From a virus, in IMG/VR virus record IMGVR_UViG_3300025978_000012, positions 12,191-76,190 of that record: 64,000 nucleotides of DNA, one strand, 5' to 3'. The position numbers were made by a program, and so were the translations under genes. The notes under the pieces were generated by a model, which worked only from the letters and a program-made list of their open reading frames with translations, searched no databases and was not told the origin of the DNA. Below, in pieces: positions 28,852 to 37,938 of the stretch (the stretch's first letter is position 1; each line of letters starts with the position of its first letter).

Positions 28852-29121
28852 TTACATAATTGAATCATTTACATGGATGCTGTCATAATCCGGCACCGTT
28901 TTTTTTACTGCTATTTTTTTCATTGTTTTAACTTTCTTTCCCGGTTCCGTCTTTGACATAAGAGACTTTGCATTCTGCAAAGCAACGCGGATTGATTTAA
29001 GAACTTTTTTTTCTTCAGACATTTTAATATGTAATTTTTTAATTTCGAATTGCATATTATTAATTTTAGCTTTCTGCCGCATCCTGTCATTCATGAGTTG
29101 TTTCACTGATTTTTCTGCCAT
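28852..29121 (-). CDS. Basic coiled-coil hypothetical protein
   Basis: ORF with AGGAG RBS. Confidence 0.55.
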   Translation of the reverse strand: MAEKSVKQLMNDRMRQKAKINNMQFEIKKLHIKMSEEKKVLKSIRVALQNAKSLMSKTEPGKKVKTMKKIAVKKTVPDYDSIHVNDSIM

Positions 29122-29159
29122 GTTTTTTAACTCTCCTTATATCATTATTTTTTAATGCG

Positions 29160-29786
29160 CTACTCTTTTATTTTTCGTAAAAGGCGGGGTGTTGTTTTTC
29201 CGACGGTCATTTGAATTGATTCAACACATGCATTTCCCCTGTCAACAAGCTTCATTGCATCTGTGAAAACAGAAGTGCAGGCCATAGCTAATTCCATAGC
29301 ATCTTTAACTTTGCTTTGTGCCCTGGTAAACATTCCTGCCGCTCGTTCACCAGACGTTTCCATTGCAATTCCATAATCAAGAATGTTTTTATAATATTTT
29401 TTTTGTTCAATTTTTTCTTCATTAAGACGTGCAATTTCTTCATTCCGTTCACGCAAGAGGGGTTCATAATGATGTTGAACTTGATTTCGTATCGCGGATA
29501 CCTCGATTTTATTTTGATTCTGTAATCTTTTTATTTCAAGTTGATGATTTTCATTTATTTTTTCAATTTCTTTTTCCTGAGAATTAATCATATTTTTTAA
29601 AATTTTATCATGATTTTCTTTCAGACGTTCAGTTTCTTTCACATTAGAATCAATCATATTTTTAATAATTAAATCATGATTTTTTTTCATTTCTTCTGCC
29701 ATAACATAATCTTCTTTCCGTTGTCGTTTACGACCCAAAAGAATCGCTTTTTTATGCATAATAATAATTCGATGTATCAACGTCAT
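29160..29786 (-). CDS. Coiled-coil hypothetical protein with short internal repeat (KxNHDxIxKNMIxS twice)
   Basis: ORF translation. Confidence 0.55.
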   Translation of the reverse strand: MTLIHRIIIMHKKAILLGRKRQRKEDYVMAEEMKKNHDLIIKNMIDSNVKETERLKENHDKILKNMINSQEKEIEKINENHQLEIKRLQNQNKIEVSAIRNQVQHHYEPLLRERNEEIARLNEEKIEQKKYYKNILDYGIAMETSGERAAGMFTRAQSKVKDAMELAMACTSVFTDAMKLVDRGNACVESIQMTVGKTTPRLLRKIKE

Positions 29787-29979
29787 AAATTTTACCTTAT
29801 AGAAGATTTAACATTTAATTATTTTCCTCTATTTATTATTTTGTTAGCCATAATATTTTTTTGGATTTGCTCTGATGTCAACTTATTTTTAGATTTTAAA
29901 ATATCAACAATAAGAAATACAATTGCAACGACAAAAATTGAAATAGGAATTATAAATCTCATAAATACACCATCCCTTT

Positions 29980-30201
29980 TTAATTTATTAAAATTTTTTC
30001 AAGTTTTTGTTCTTGATATTCAATATCAAATTCTTCTTCTAATGTTTTATAACATTCATAACAAATTTCATAAAAAAATAAATCATTATAAAATGAAAGT
30101 GTTTCAGTATTAGTAATTTTAGGGATTATAATCAATTCCATTTTTTTATTGCACTTTTCGCACTGATATCGCATCGAAATATATTTTCTTCTATTTGACA
30201 T
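29980..30201 (-). CDS. Small zinc-finger protein
   Basis: CEKC...CYEC. Confidence 0.5.
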   Translation of the reverse strand: MSNRRKYISMRYQCEKCNKKMELIIIPKITNTETLSFYNDLFFYEICYECYKTLEEEFDIEYQEQKLEKILIN

Positions 30202-30502
30202 CGAGTTGTTCCTTTGTCGGAATATCCGGCAAATTGGCAGGCATCAATGAATAATGAAGCATTCGCATGTTGACGCTAATCTGTTCAAGATTTTCTTTAA
30301 CAATATTTTTTATTGACAAAACATAAAGCAAAACAATAAAAATAAAAATTGTATTAATAATTTTCAAATATATTTCAATCGTTGTTTTATTTTTCCTAAT
30401 GAATAAATCAGTCTGAACGGCATAATCACGACAGAACATTAAAACCATTTTTTTGTAATATAAAAATAATTTTTTTAGTTCTTCTTTCGTTATAATTTGC
30501 AT
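30191..30502 (-). CDS. Single-TM hypothetical protein
   Basis: Hydrophobic central segment. Confidence 0.5.
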   Translation of the reverse strand: MQIITKEELKKLFLYYKKMVLMFCRDYAVQTDLFIRKNKTTIEIYLKIINTIFIFIVLLYVLSIKNIVKENLEQISVNMRMLHYSLMPANLPDIPTKEQLDVK

Positions 30503-30749
30503 TTATAGTACCTTTTTTAATTAATCTGTGAAAAAGCAAGAGGGGAGGTATGCCTTCAATACAAAATCTCTTGCTCGGCCGAAACCATTGCCTTTTAATC
30601 TTTCACGCTGGATTTTAACTACAAATAAACTTAAAAAAACATTATTTATAAAACATAATCTTGTCAATAACTTTTATTATTTTTTTTTAAATTTTAAAAA
30701 AAATAATAAAAGTTATATTAAACTAACTTATCTATTTTTTTAAAAAAAA

Positions 30750-31628
30750 TTATATTTTTTCTAACTCTAATGTTTTCAACAGGTATTCCCCGTAGCCCGA
30801 TTTTCTGAGCGGCTCCGCGATGCCGCGAAGCTGTTCGCCGGTGATATACCCCATTTTGTACGCTATCTCTTCCACGCATGATATTTTAAGTCCCTGCCGG
30901 TCCTCGATCGCCTTGACGAAGAGCGCGGCGTCGATCATGGAGTCATGAGTGCCGGTGTCGAGCCAGGCGAACCCCCGGCCCATAATTTTCACCCGAAGTT
31001 TCCGGGCCGCTAGGTAGTGATTGTTGACCGCTGTTATCTCCAGTTCCCCCCGCGCCGAGGGCTTGATCGATTTGGCCACACGCACGATATCGTTGTCGTA
31101 AAAATAGAGCCCCACCACGGCGAAATTAGATTTTGGTTTGGCCGGTTTTTCCTCGATGGAAAGGACGTTACCGGCTTCGTCGAAATCGACCACGCCATAT
31201 CGATTTGGATCGTTTACATAATACCCAAAAACGGTCGCTCCCGAATCGGACAAGACGGCTTCCTTCAGCAATTCAGTGATGTCGTGGCCGTAGAAGATGT
31301 TGTCTCCCAGGATAAGACACACGCGGTCGCCTCCGATAAAGTCCTCGCCCACCAGGAATGCATCGGCTAGGCCGCGTGGGAAATCCTGAACCATATACGA
31401 CAGGGAAATGCCCAGTTGGCCGCCGTCCCCCAGAATCTCCTTGAAATGGGGCAGATCGACCGGGGTTGATATAATCAGAATATCACGGATGCCTGCCAGC
31501 ATGAGTGTGGAGAGGGGGTAATAAATCATGGGCTTGTCATATATCGGCAAAAGTTGTTTGCATACCACACGAGTAATAGGGTAAAGCCGAGTGCCGAAGC
31601 CCCCGGCTAAAATTATTCCTTTTAACAT
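30750..31628 (-). CDS. rfbA: Glucose-1-phosphate thymidylyltransferase
   Basis: [15 protein letters not shown]..[43 protein letters not shown]. Confidence 0.95.
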   Translation of the reverse strand: MLKGIILAGGFGTRLYPITRVVCKQLLPIYDKPMIYYPLSTLMLAGIRDILIISTPVDLPHFKEILGDGGQLGISLSYMVQDFPRGLADAFLVGEDFIGGDRVCLILGDNIFYGHDITELLKEAVLSDSGATVFGYYVNDPNRYGVVDFDEAGNVLSIEEKPAKPKSNFAVVGLYFYDNDIVRVAKSIKPSARGELEITAVNNHYLAARKLRVKIMGRGFAWLDTGTHDSMIDAALFVKAIEDRQGLKISCVEEIAYKMGYITGEQLRGIAEPLRKSGYGEYLLKTLELEKI

Positions 31629-32995
31629 TATTTTTTTTCCTTCTCTCTTTTATTTTTTCGTTGTTGCCTCATTATCTCACGTAATTTTTTACGCTCAATG
31701 ACTTTTGCTTCGATAAGTTTTAATTTTTCTTTTGATTTTCCACCCGACAAAATAGAGGGTAAGCCGTGTGCGCGGGAAATAGGTTCCAAAGCGTACATGT
31801 GCGCCTTGATCGCATCGTCCTCTATTTCTACAGGGTCTTCTGTCGCATTCCCATTTTTATCAGTTTTTCTATGATATGTTTGCACTTCTTGTGCTGTTCT
31901 TGGACATACATCGGGGTCAATTATCCATTTTTGTGATTTAATGAAATCTATTCCTCGTTGAACGCTTCCCGGTCCTTTAACTGCACCGATAGCGCCATAT
32001 CCGTGTTGCAACCATTCTTTTATTTTTGATGGTTCTGCACTGTCACAGATAACCTTTTCACCTGCATGTAATACATCAAATTCTTCATTTAATTTAATAA
32101 ATTCCATATTTGTTTTTTCGGTAGAACATAATTCATTATATGTATACATCGTTCCATCTTTAAAACCAATTTTCACAATTATCTGGGGATGGACAAAACC
32201 CCAATCTTGGCCATTATATATCGCATCAAAATCTTCTTCTTTATATGTTATTTTTTCAAATGACCAGTTTGTAAAAATAATATTTCCGAACGCACCCCAC
32301 TCGCCAAGACAATAAACTCGATAAAATTCATAATCAATTTCTTTGTATCCCTCCAATACGGCTCGATAATCGTCATCAATGAATTTATTATCAAGATATG
32401 TGGTTTTTAAAATATAAACTTTTGTTTTTTTTTGATAAGATTTTAAGTCAAAAAATTCTCGTTTTATCCAGTGTTTATCAGAAATAGGATTTAACAATAA
32501 TGTAATTTGAAATGGAATGTTTTTTGGTTTTCCTGATTTTCCACGAAGACGAATGTTTAATTGATCGAAATCTTTTTGCGTTATTTCACTGGCCTCTTCA
32601 ATTATTATATCCGTTAAAATTCCCTTTGGAAATGTTAGACTTTTAATTTTTTCAATATCATCTAAACCTTTTAAAACTGCCATATATCCAGTTGATTTAA
32701 CCGTAATAGACATATCGGTCTTATTAACTTTAAAAATCTTATTTAATCCCATTTCATTGATAAGTTGAACCATCAACGCGTAGGTACTAGATTTATTTGT
32801 AGCCGCTACTTTCCTCGCAATAAGGTAATTGTGCCCTGGTTCCGCAATAAGTTTATAAATGGCTTCTTGAAAGGCTTCGTAAGATTTTCCCGATCCTCCG
32901 CCGCCGACAGATATACGAATACGGCTTTTATTTTCAAAAAAATCCCAAAAAACAGGATTAAGGAGATTATAAAACTCATCAAAATCTACAAACAT
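31628..32995 (-). CDS. terL: Terminase large subunit (PBSX family)
   Basis: GGGGSGKS Walker A, IIEEASE Walker B, LNP, DWGF, DSAEP, DDAI nuclease motifs. Confidence 0.92.
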   Translation of the reverse strand: MFVDFDEFYNLLNPVFWDFFENKSRIRISVGGGGSGKSYEAFQEAIYKLIAEPGHNYLIARKVAATNKSSTYALMVQLINEMGLNKIFKVNKTDMSITVKSTGYMAVLKGLDDIEKIKSLTFPKGILTDIIIEEASEITQKDFDQLNIRLRGKSGKPKNIPFQITLLLNPISDKHWIKREFFDLKSYQKKTKVYILKTTYLDNKFIDDDYRAVLEGYKEIDYEFYRVYCLGEWGAFGNIIFTNWSFEKITYKEEDFDAIYNGQDWGFVHPQIIVKIGFKDGTMYTYNELCSTEKTNMEFIKLNEEFDVLHAGEKVICDSAEPSKIKEWLQHGYGAIGAVKGPGSVQRGIDFIKSQKWIIDPDVCPRTAQEVQTYHRKTDKNGNATEDPVEIEDDAIKAHMYALEPISRAHGLPSILSGGKSKEKLKLIEAKVIERKKLREIMRQQRKNKREKEKK

Positions 32996-33598
32996 TTAAG
33001 ATTCTTTTTCTATTTCATTTTTTTCTTCGTTAGGCCGTCGAGCAGGACGAACGATAATTTCACCTGTTAATTCAGATTTATCTTGCATCATTTCAAGAAC
33101 TTTTAATAAGTCTGAAAGTGCAGCGGTTTTTGAATGCATTCGAACTTTTGAAATTTTTTCAGGGCCATATTTTGTTTCCCGTTCGATAGTATCAATTGAT
33201 TGAATGGCGCGAGTATCAGCCTCCGAAAATGGTTTTATTTTCAGTGTTTCACCATCGAAATCGGCAATATCTTTTATATCAGCATTAGCGAGTGCCAAAA
33301 GATTTTTAAACGTTGTTCCGATTTCTTTTTTTTTCTCATTCCAAAGATCATCAAAAATTTCTTGGATTGCTTCGGCGGTTTTAGTATCTTTTAGCAGTTT
33401 TGCTCCATTTTGACCACATGTAGAATATTTGGCTGTTGGATATGCTTTTTTATATGCTAGTGTTGCATTTTGTAATTCTATATAAGCCAAAATAAATTCT
33501 TTATGTTTTTGGTTTTTAATTTCATCAAATTTTTTTCCCATCGGTATTTTCTCCATATACGACATGTTCATGTTTATTTTTAAGATACAATCCTTCAA
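32996..33598 (-). CDS. terS: Terminase small subunit
   Basis: FILAY...NATLAYKKAY...GAKLL; immediately upstream of terL. Confidence 0.8.
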   Translation of the reverse strand: MKDCILKINMNMSYMEKIPMGKKFDEIKNQKHKEFILAYIELQNATLAYKKAYPTAKYSTCGQNGAKLLKDTKTAEAIQEIFDDLWNEKKKEIGTTFKNLLALANADIKDIADFDGETLKIKPFSEADTRAIQSIDTIERETKYGPEKISKVRMHSKTAALSDLLKVLEMMQDKSELTGEIIVRPARRPNEEKNEIEKES

Positions 33599-33724
33599 TT
33601 ATTTTTATAATATAATTTGGCAATACTATTTTATTTTTTGAGATTACATGAAGTAATTCTCCAATTAACATATTTTTAATTTCGATTTCTTTATTAAGTA
33701 ATGTAATTTTTTCGAATGATTTTT

Positions 33725-34156
33725 TCACCAGCAAACCTCTATATATGTTCTGGCATTATGTGGAGTATAAAATTTAAAGAGTGTTCCGCCATATACTTGG
33801 TTATCATCATCAAAAATTATTTTTGAAAAACAATCCATGACCCATTTATCCGCATTATCTCTATCGATTTTCTTACAATAAGGGTAGTCTTCGTTTTTAA
33901 TTAAATCAAGTAATTTTTTTGTTTTTTCATTTTTTATTGGTTCAAAAAACCATGTAATGTTTAAAATTACAGGAGTTCCTTTTTTTATTATTTTAAAATT
34001 ATCTGGCAATTGGTTTTTGATATTATTTTTAACTATATTCATTTCTTTTTCTTGCGGATTATACCAATTTCCATACGCTCCTTTTCGTGATCGTTGTTTC
34101 GCAATAGGTTTTCCGGGAATAGTGATATATAGAATATTATTCATGTTCTTTATCAA
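33725..34156 (-). CDS. rusA: RusA-like Holliday junction resolvase
   Basis: IPGKPIAKQR, KIDRDNADK..D, DDNQV. Confidence 0.8.
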   Translation of the reverse strand: MIKNMNNILYITIPGKPIAKQRSRKGAYGNWYNPQEKEMNIVKNNIKNQLPDNFKIIKKGTPVILNITWFFEPIKNEKTKKLLDLIKNEDYPYCKKIDRDNADKWVMDCFSKIIFDDDNQVYGGTLFKFYTPHNARTYIEVCW

Positions 34157-34853
34157 AATTCCAGAAATAGGTTCTAATGTCTTTTGCTGATGTTTTTGTT
34201 TTTTTTAGAATTATAAATCCGCGTCCTTCAAGATCGGTCAACATATTTAATCGAACATGTTTTTCGAGTGTTTGAGTTTTTCGAATTAAATTCGTGAGGG
34301 TTATTCCACGATCTCCCGCACATTGGACGGCTGTTAAAATTCTGTTAATATATTTATCGACAATTGATTCTTTTTCTTTTATTTCTATTTTATCAATTTC
34401 ATCTACCGGTATTTTTTCGATGGTAACGATTGCCCTATATTTTTTATTTGGTAAAATATAAAAATCATTTTTAAAAACTACTTTTTCAGATTTTATTTTT
34501 GTTAATTCAAGAATACTCTCATTCACTTTTTTTATAAAGATATTGTGTCCTTCTTGAAATTCTTTATTTTTTTCTTCTAAAGAATCGGCCGATATTGAGT
34601 GCGATAAATATCCTTCTTTTGTCGGCAATTCACTAAGAAATTTAAAATACATATAAACATTATAATATGTTTTACGAGTACTTCCGATTATAATGAGGAA
34701 TGGTGTGATTGAAAAATTAAAATTTTCATCAAAATTCAGTGGGTCTTCCATTTTTTGTTTTATTTTTTTAAAAACAATTTGTTTTCCGGGCATTTTGTTA
34801 TTAGCTCCTTTTTTATTTATATAACAAACTACTAAAACTATATAATGTGTCAA
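34137..34853 (-). CDS. Hypothetical protein with C-terminal winged-helix-like domain (start probably MPGKQ near 34793)
   Basis: GITLTNLIRKTQ...RLNMLTDLE.RG.I. Confidence 0.55.
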   Translation of the reverse strand: MTHYIVLVVCYINKKGANNKMPGKQIVFKKIKQKMEDPLNFDENFNFSITPFLIIIGSTRKTYYNVYMYFKFLSELPTKEGYLSHSISADSLEEKNKEFQEGHNIFIKKVNESILELTKIKSEKVVFKNDFYILPNKKYRAIVTIEKIPVDEIDKIEIKEKESIVDKYINRILTAVQCAGDRGITLTNLIRKTQTLEKHVRLNMLTDLEGRGFIILKKTKTSAKDIRTYFWNFDKEHE

Positions 34854-35280
34854 GTAAATTATTATTATTGGAAAATAATAGTCTAATTATATAATTAGAA
34901 TTTAAAAATTATATTTTTTTTTGACGTAGAATACATTTTATAATTTTAAATTTTAGAAAAATACAAAATAAGAATTTATAAATTATAATCCGCATTGAAT
35001 GATTTTATAATTTTGATTTTCTATCTTTATAATAAGTATTCAATTATAAAGAATTATAAATTTTAATAATTAATAATAAGATAAAATTATATATGATTAA
35101 GTATATAAAAGTATACATTATTATTATTATTATATATATTATTAATATATATATATCTTATTACTAATATAATTAAAAATTATAATGTTCTGGTCAACAA
35201 AAAGTCTAAACGCCTTTTTGTTGACCTAAAACACATAATTTTTAGATGGGGTAGTTTTAAGTAGTTTCTTTTCTTAAAAA
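34854..35280. other. Very AT-rich non-coding region, candidate replication origin
   Basis: No ORF; long A/T tracts with recurring ATTATAA/TTATAAT words. Confidence 0.35.
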
Positions 35281-35281
35281 G

Positions 35282-35312
35282 AAATGGCCTTGAAGGTTAT
35301 TCAAGGCCATTT
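35282..35312 (-). terminator. Intrinsic terminator after glycosylation cluster
   Basis: AAATGGCCTTGAA-ggtta-TTCAAGGCCATTT followed by a T tract on the minus strand. Confidence 0.75.
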
Positions 35313-35407
35313 GAAATGATTTAAAATGGGGTATTATGGGTAACACGTACTATTCCTATTTAGGAATCACAATATTACTATATTTATATTATATGTCAAC
35401 GACTTTT

Positions 35408-36094
35408 TTAATCTATATTCTCATGTCCACGGCTCATTCCACCCAAATGATCGCATTTAATTTTTGTGTAATTGGCCAATCTGTATTCCCTACCTGCATC
35501 ATAGCTCATCCATGCATCCGGAAAAGCGCCGGAATTTTCCATTGACCATCGAAATTGAAATTTTTTTAATATTTCTCTTTTATAGAGAGAGCATCCGCTT
35601 AAAACATGATGAGTTGGCACCAGTTTCCATGTTCTCTCTGTATGAGTAAACCATTCTCCGTCATGAAAACCATAATAATAGATACCACCTATTATATCGG
35701 CCTTATTTACACATTCCAAAAAACATGAAATCCAATCCTGGCGTAATGGAATAACATCACTTTCAAGAATGATAAAATATTTCCACACATCAGTAATAGT
35801 AATAAATTGTTTTTGTAAAAATTCAAGACTTTTGGTTACATTTCTTTGAAATTGAAAACCATCATTTTTACGTTCAACATCAATATGAGAAATCATTATT
35901 TTTTTTAAATTATTTTTATTTAATTCAGGAATAATTTTTTTTAGAGAATTATAATAATCAAGTGTCGGACTATTATCAACGATACTTATTTGAGCATTAT
36001 CAATTTCAGAATTTAATAATGTTCCAAAAAATTCTTTATCGCAATATTTTTTGCATTCATGTGTATAAATCGCAATAAAAACATTTTCATTCAT
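35408..36094 (-). CDS. GT-A (family 2-like) glycosyltransferase
   Basis: IVDNS, ILESDVIP, GCSL, FPD, CDH. Confidence 0.65.
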   Translation of the reverse strand: MNENVFIAIYTHECKKYCDKEFFGTLLNSEIDNAQISIVDNSPTLDYYNSLKKIIPELNKNNLKKIMISHIDVERKNDGFQFQRNVTKSLEFLQKQFITITDVWKYFIILESDVIPLRQDWISCFLECVNKADIIGGIYYYGFHDGEWFTHTERTWKLVPTHHVLSGCSLYKREILKKFQFRWSMENSGAFPDAWMSYDAGREYRLANYTKIKCDHLGGMSRGHENID

Positions 36095-36095
36095 T

Positions 36096-36665
36096 TTATT
36101 TTATCCAAAAGAAACAAATTGAATTATATATATTAATTGATTTGCAATCGCATATGGGAATAGCACATAATAATTCATCTATTTTTTTATGTGCTATATT
36201 TATGGCCGGAACGCCGTCATTGATATAGAATCCGCCCCTAAACGATTGAAATTGTGTTCCATAGTCTTCTATAACATAGCATAATTTTACATGTGGATAT
36301 AATAATTCAAATGATTTTTTAATATCACTGCTAAAATGCGAACCATCATCAACGACAATTTCAGGGTTCCCGTATTTCTGCAGAATTGAATCAATAAATT
36401 CTTTAGTAGAAGCGTTTCCTATTTCAATTTTTATTCGTTCTTCTTCAAAATAACAGGATGGATCGATTTCCAACCCAACAATTACAGCATTCGGAAAATA
36501 TTCCTTCCATGCCCTGACGCTTCCTCCCCTATTCACTCCAATTTCAAAAATTAATTTTACATCGTTTCTTATTCTTGAAAATTCATTTTCGTATCCATAT
36601 TCATAATGACCAGGATTCACTTTGTCAGTGTCATGTCTTGAAAATATTTCTTCAAATTTATTCAT
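36096..36665 (-). CDS. SAM-dependent sugar O-methyltransferase (MycE/TylE-like)
   Basis: TDK...H.Y, FEIGVNRGGS..W, VVDDGSH, YVIED. Confidence 0.8.
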   Translation of the reverse strand: MNKFEEIFSRHDTDKVNPGHYEYGYENEFSRIRNDVKLIFEIGVNRGGSVRAWKEYFPNAVIVGLEIDPSCYFEEERIKIEIGNASTKEFIDSILQKYGNPEIVVDDGSHFSSDIKKSFELLYPHVKLCYVIEDYGTQFQSFRGGFYINDGVPAINIAHKKIDELLCAIPICDCKSINIYNSICFFWIK

Positions 36666-37938
36666 TTGTTTTTTTTTCTATTTGTTCAAGAATATTTTTC
36701 CATTCTCGTAATTTTACGTCATCAGGATATAGTTCTGAATATTGGATAATGCTCCCTTTGCTTTTTGAGAACCATTGCCGGTTTGATTTAAATAATTTTA
36801 TTATTTCTTTTTTATTATTTTGTTCAAAAATAAATGCATATTTTCCAAGTGATTGTTTGAATAGAACCGATCCCATTGAGGTATTATGCCATAATTTTTT
36901 ATTTTTATTAATATTTAAAATATTTTTAAATTCTTGTTCCCATTGAGTAGTTACAATTTTTGTATTATACAATTCGTCGGCCCTGTTTTTTGCATTAATT
37001 GACATGAAATTAAGTATATCGGGATTATTGTAAAGATATTCTATTTCACAATGATATTTTTCTTTCGATGTTATAATTCCATTAAAAAAATTTGTTACAA
37101 TAAAATATTCTGACGAATTATTTAAGACAACCGGGACAACTCCCGCCGCCATTGCCTCGCCAAGCACTTGTTCACAAGTTCCATAATGTTTTTCGTACAA
37201 TGGATATCCGAATACATCCATTTGGGAAAACCAAGGAGATAAATCATTAACCCTATCAGTAAAAATAAATTTTTCCCATAGTCCTTTGTTTTTTACCTGT
37301 TGCTTCACAGTATTTAAATCAGGACCGGAGCTACAAAAAATAAATTTTACATTTGGTATGTTTATTTTTGAGCACATTTCAACATAATCAGGATGCAATT
37401 TACTATTAAAGTCTATCGTTCCGGCATATCCTATATTAAATGTATCATGCGGTTCTTTTTTTAAATTATAGAATTTTAAAATATTAGCAACGGACCATAT
37501 AACTCCGAATTTATTTTTTTGTTTAATTGAAAGTTCTTGATATTCTTTCGCCTGATGTGAAACAATAGAAGTGAATATAAACCTATCACTCATTTCAACT
37601 AATTTTTCGGTTATGACATAGGGTGGATATAGATTATTTGCGTGTGCCCATACGATCAATCGGCATGGCGGAATTGATTGCATCACCAGAAATTCATATA
37701 ATAGCGGATTGTTATACCAGTGCAATACTACAATATCGTTTTTTTCAATAAGTTCTTTTAATTTTTCAGGATCATTTCGAAGATCGTGAATTGAGTGAGG
37801 GATGACAACACTACGCGAATCCTCGATATTCAGACACGCGATAGTATGCTCTATGCCGGTTGTATTTTTAACCAGATTTTCTATGACGGTCCCTACTCCG
37901 CCCCCGGTGTGAGTTGTTATATGCAATACTTTTATCAT
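36658..37938 (-). CDS. GT4 (GT-B) glycosyltransferase
   Basis: HTGGGVG, MDVFGYPL, EQVLGEAMAAGVVPV. Confidence 0.85.
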   Translation of the reverse strand: MIKVLHITTHTGGGVGTVIENLVKNTTGIEHTIACLNIEDSRSVVIPHSIHDLRNDPEKLKELIEKNDIVVLHWYNNPLLYEFLVMQSIPPCRLIVWAHANNLYPPYVITEKLVEMSDRFIFTSIVSHQAKEYQELSIKQKNKFGVIWSVANILKFYNLKKEPHDTFNIGYAGTIDFNSKLHPDYVEMCSKINIPNVKFIFCSSGPDLNTVKQQVKNKGLWEKFIFTDRVNDLSPWFSQMDVFGYPLYEKHYGTCEQVLGEAMAAGVVPVVLNNSSEYFIVTNFFNGIITSKEKYHCEIEYLYNNPDILNFMSINAKNRADELYNTKIVTTQWEQEFKNILNINKNKKLWHNTSMGSVLFKQSLGKYAFIFEQNNKKEIIKLFKSNRQWFSKSKGSIIQYSELYPDDVKLREWKNILEQIEKKTNE

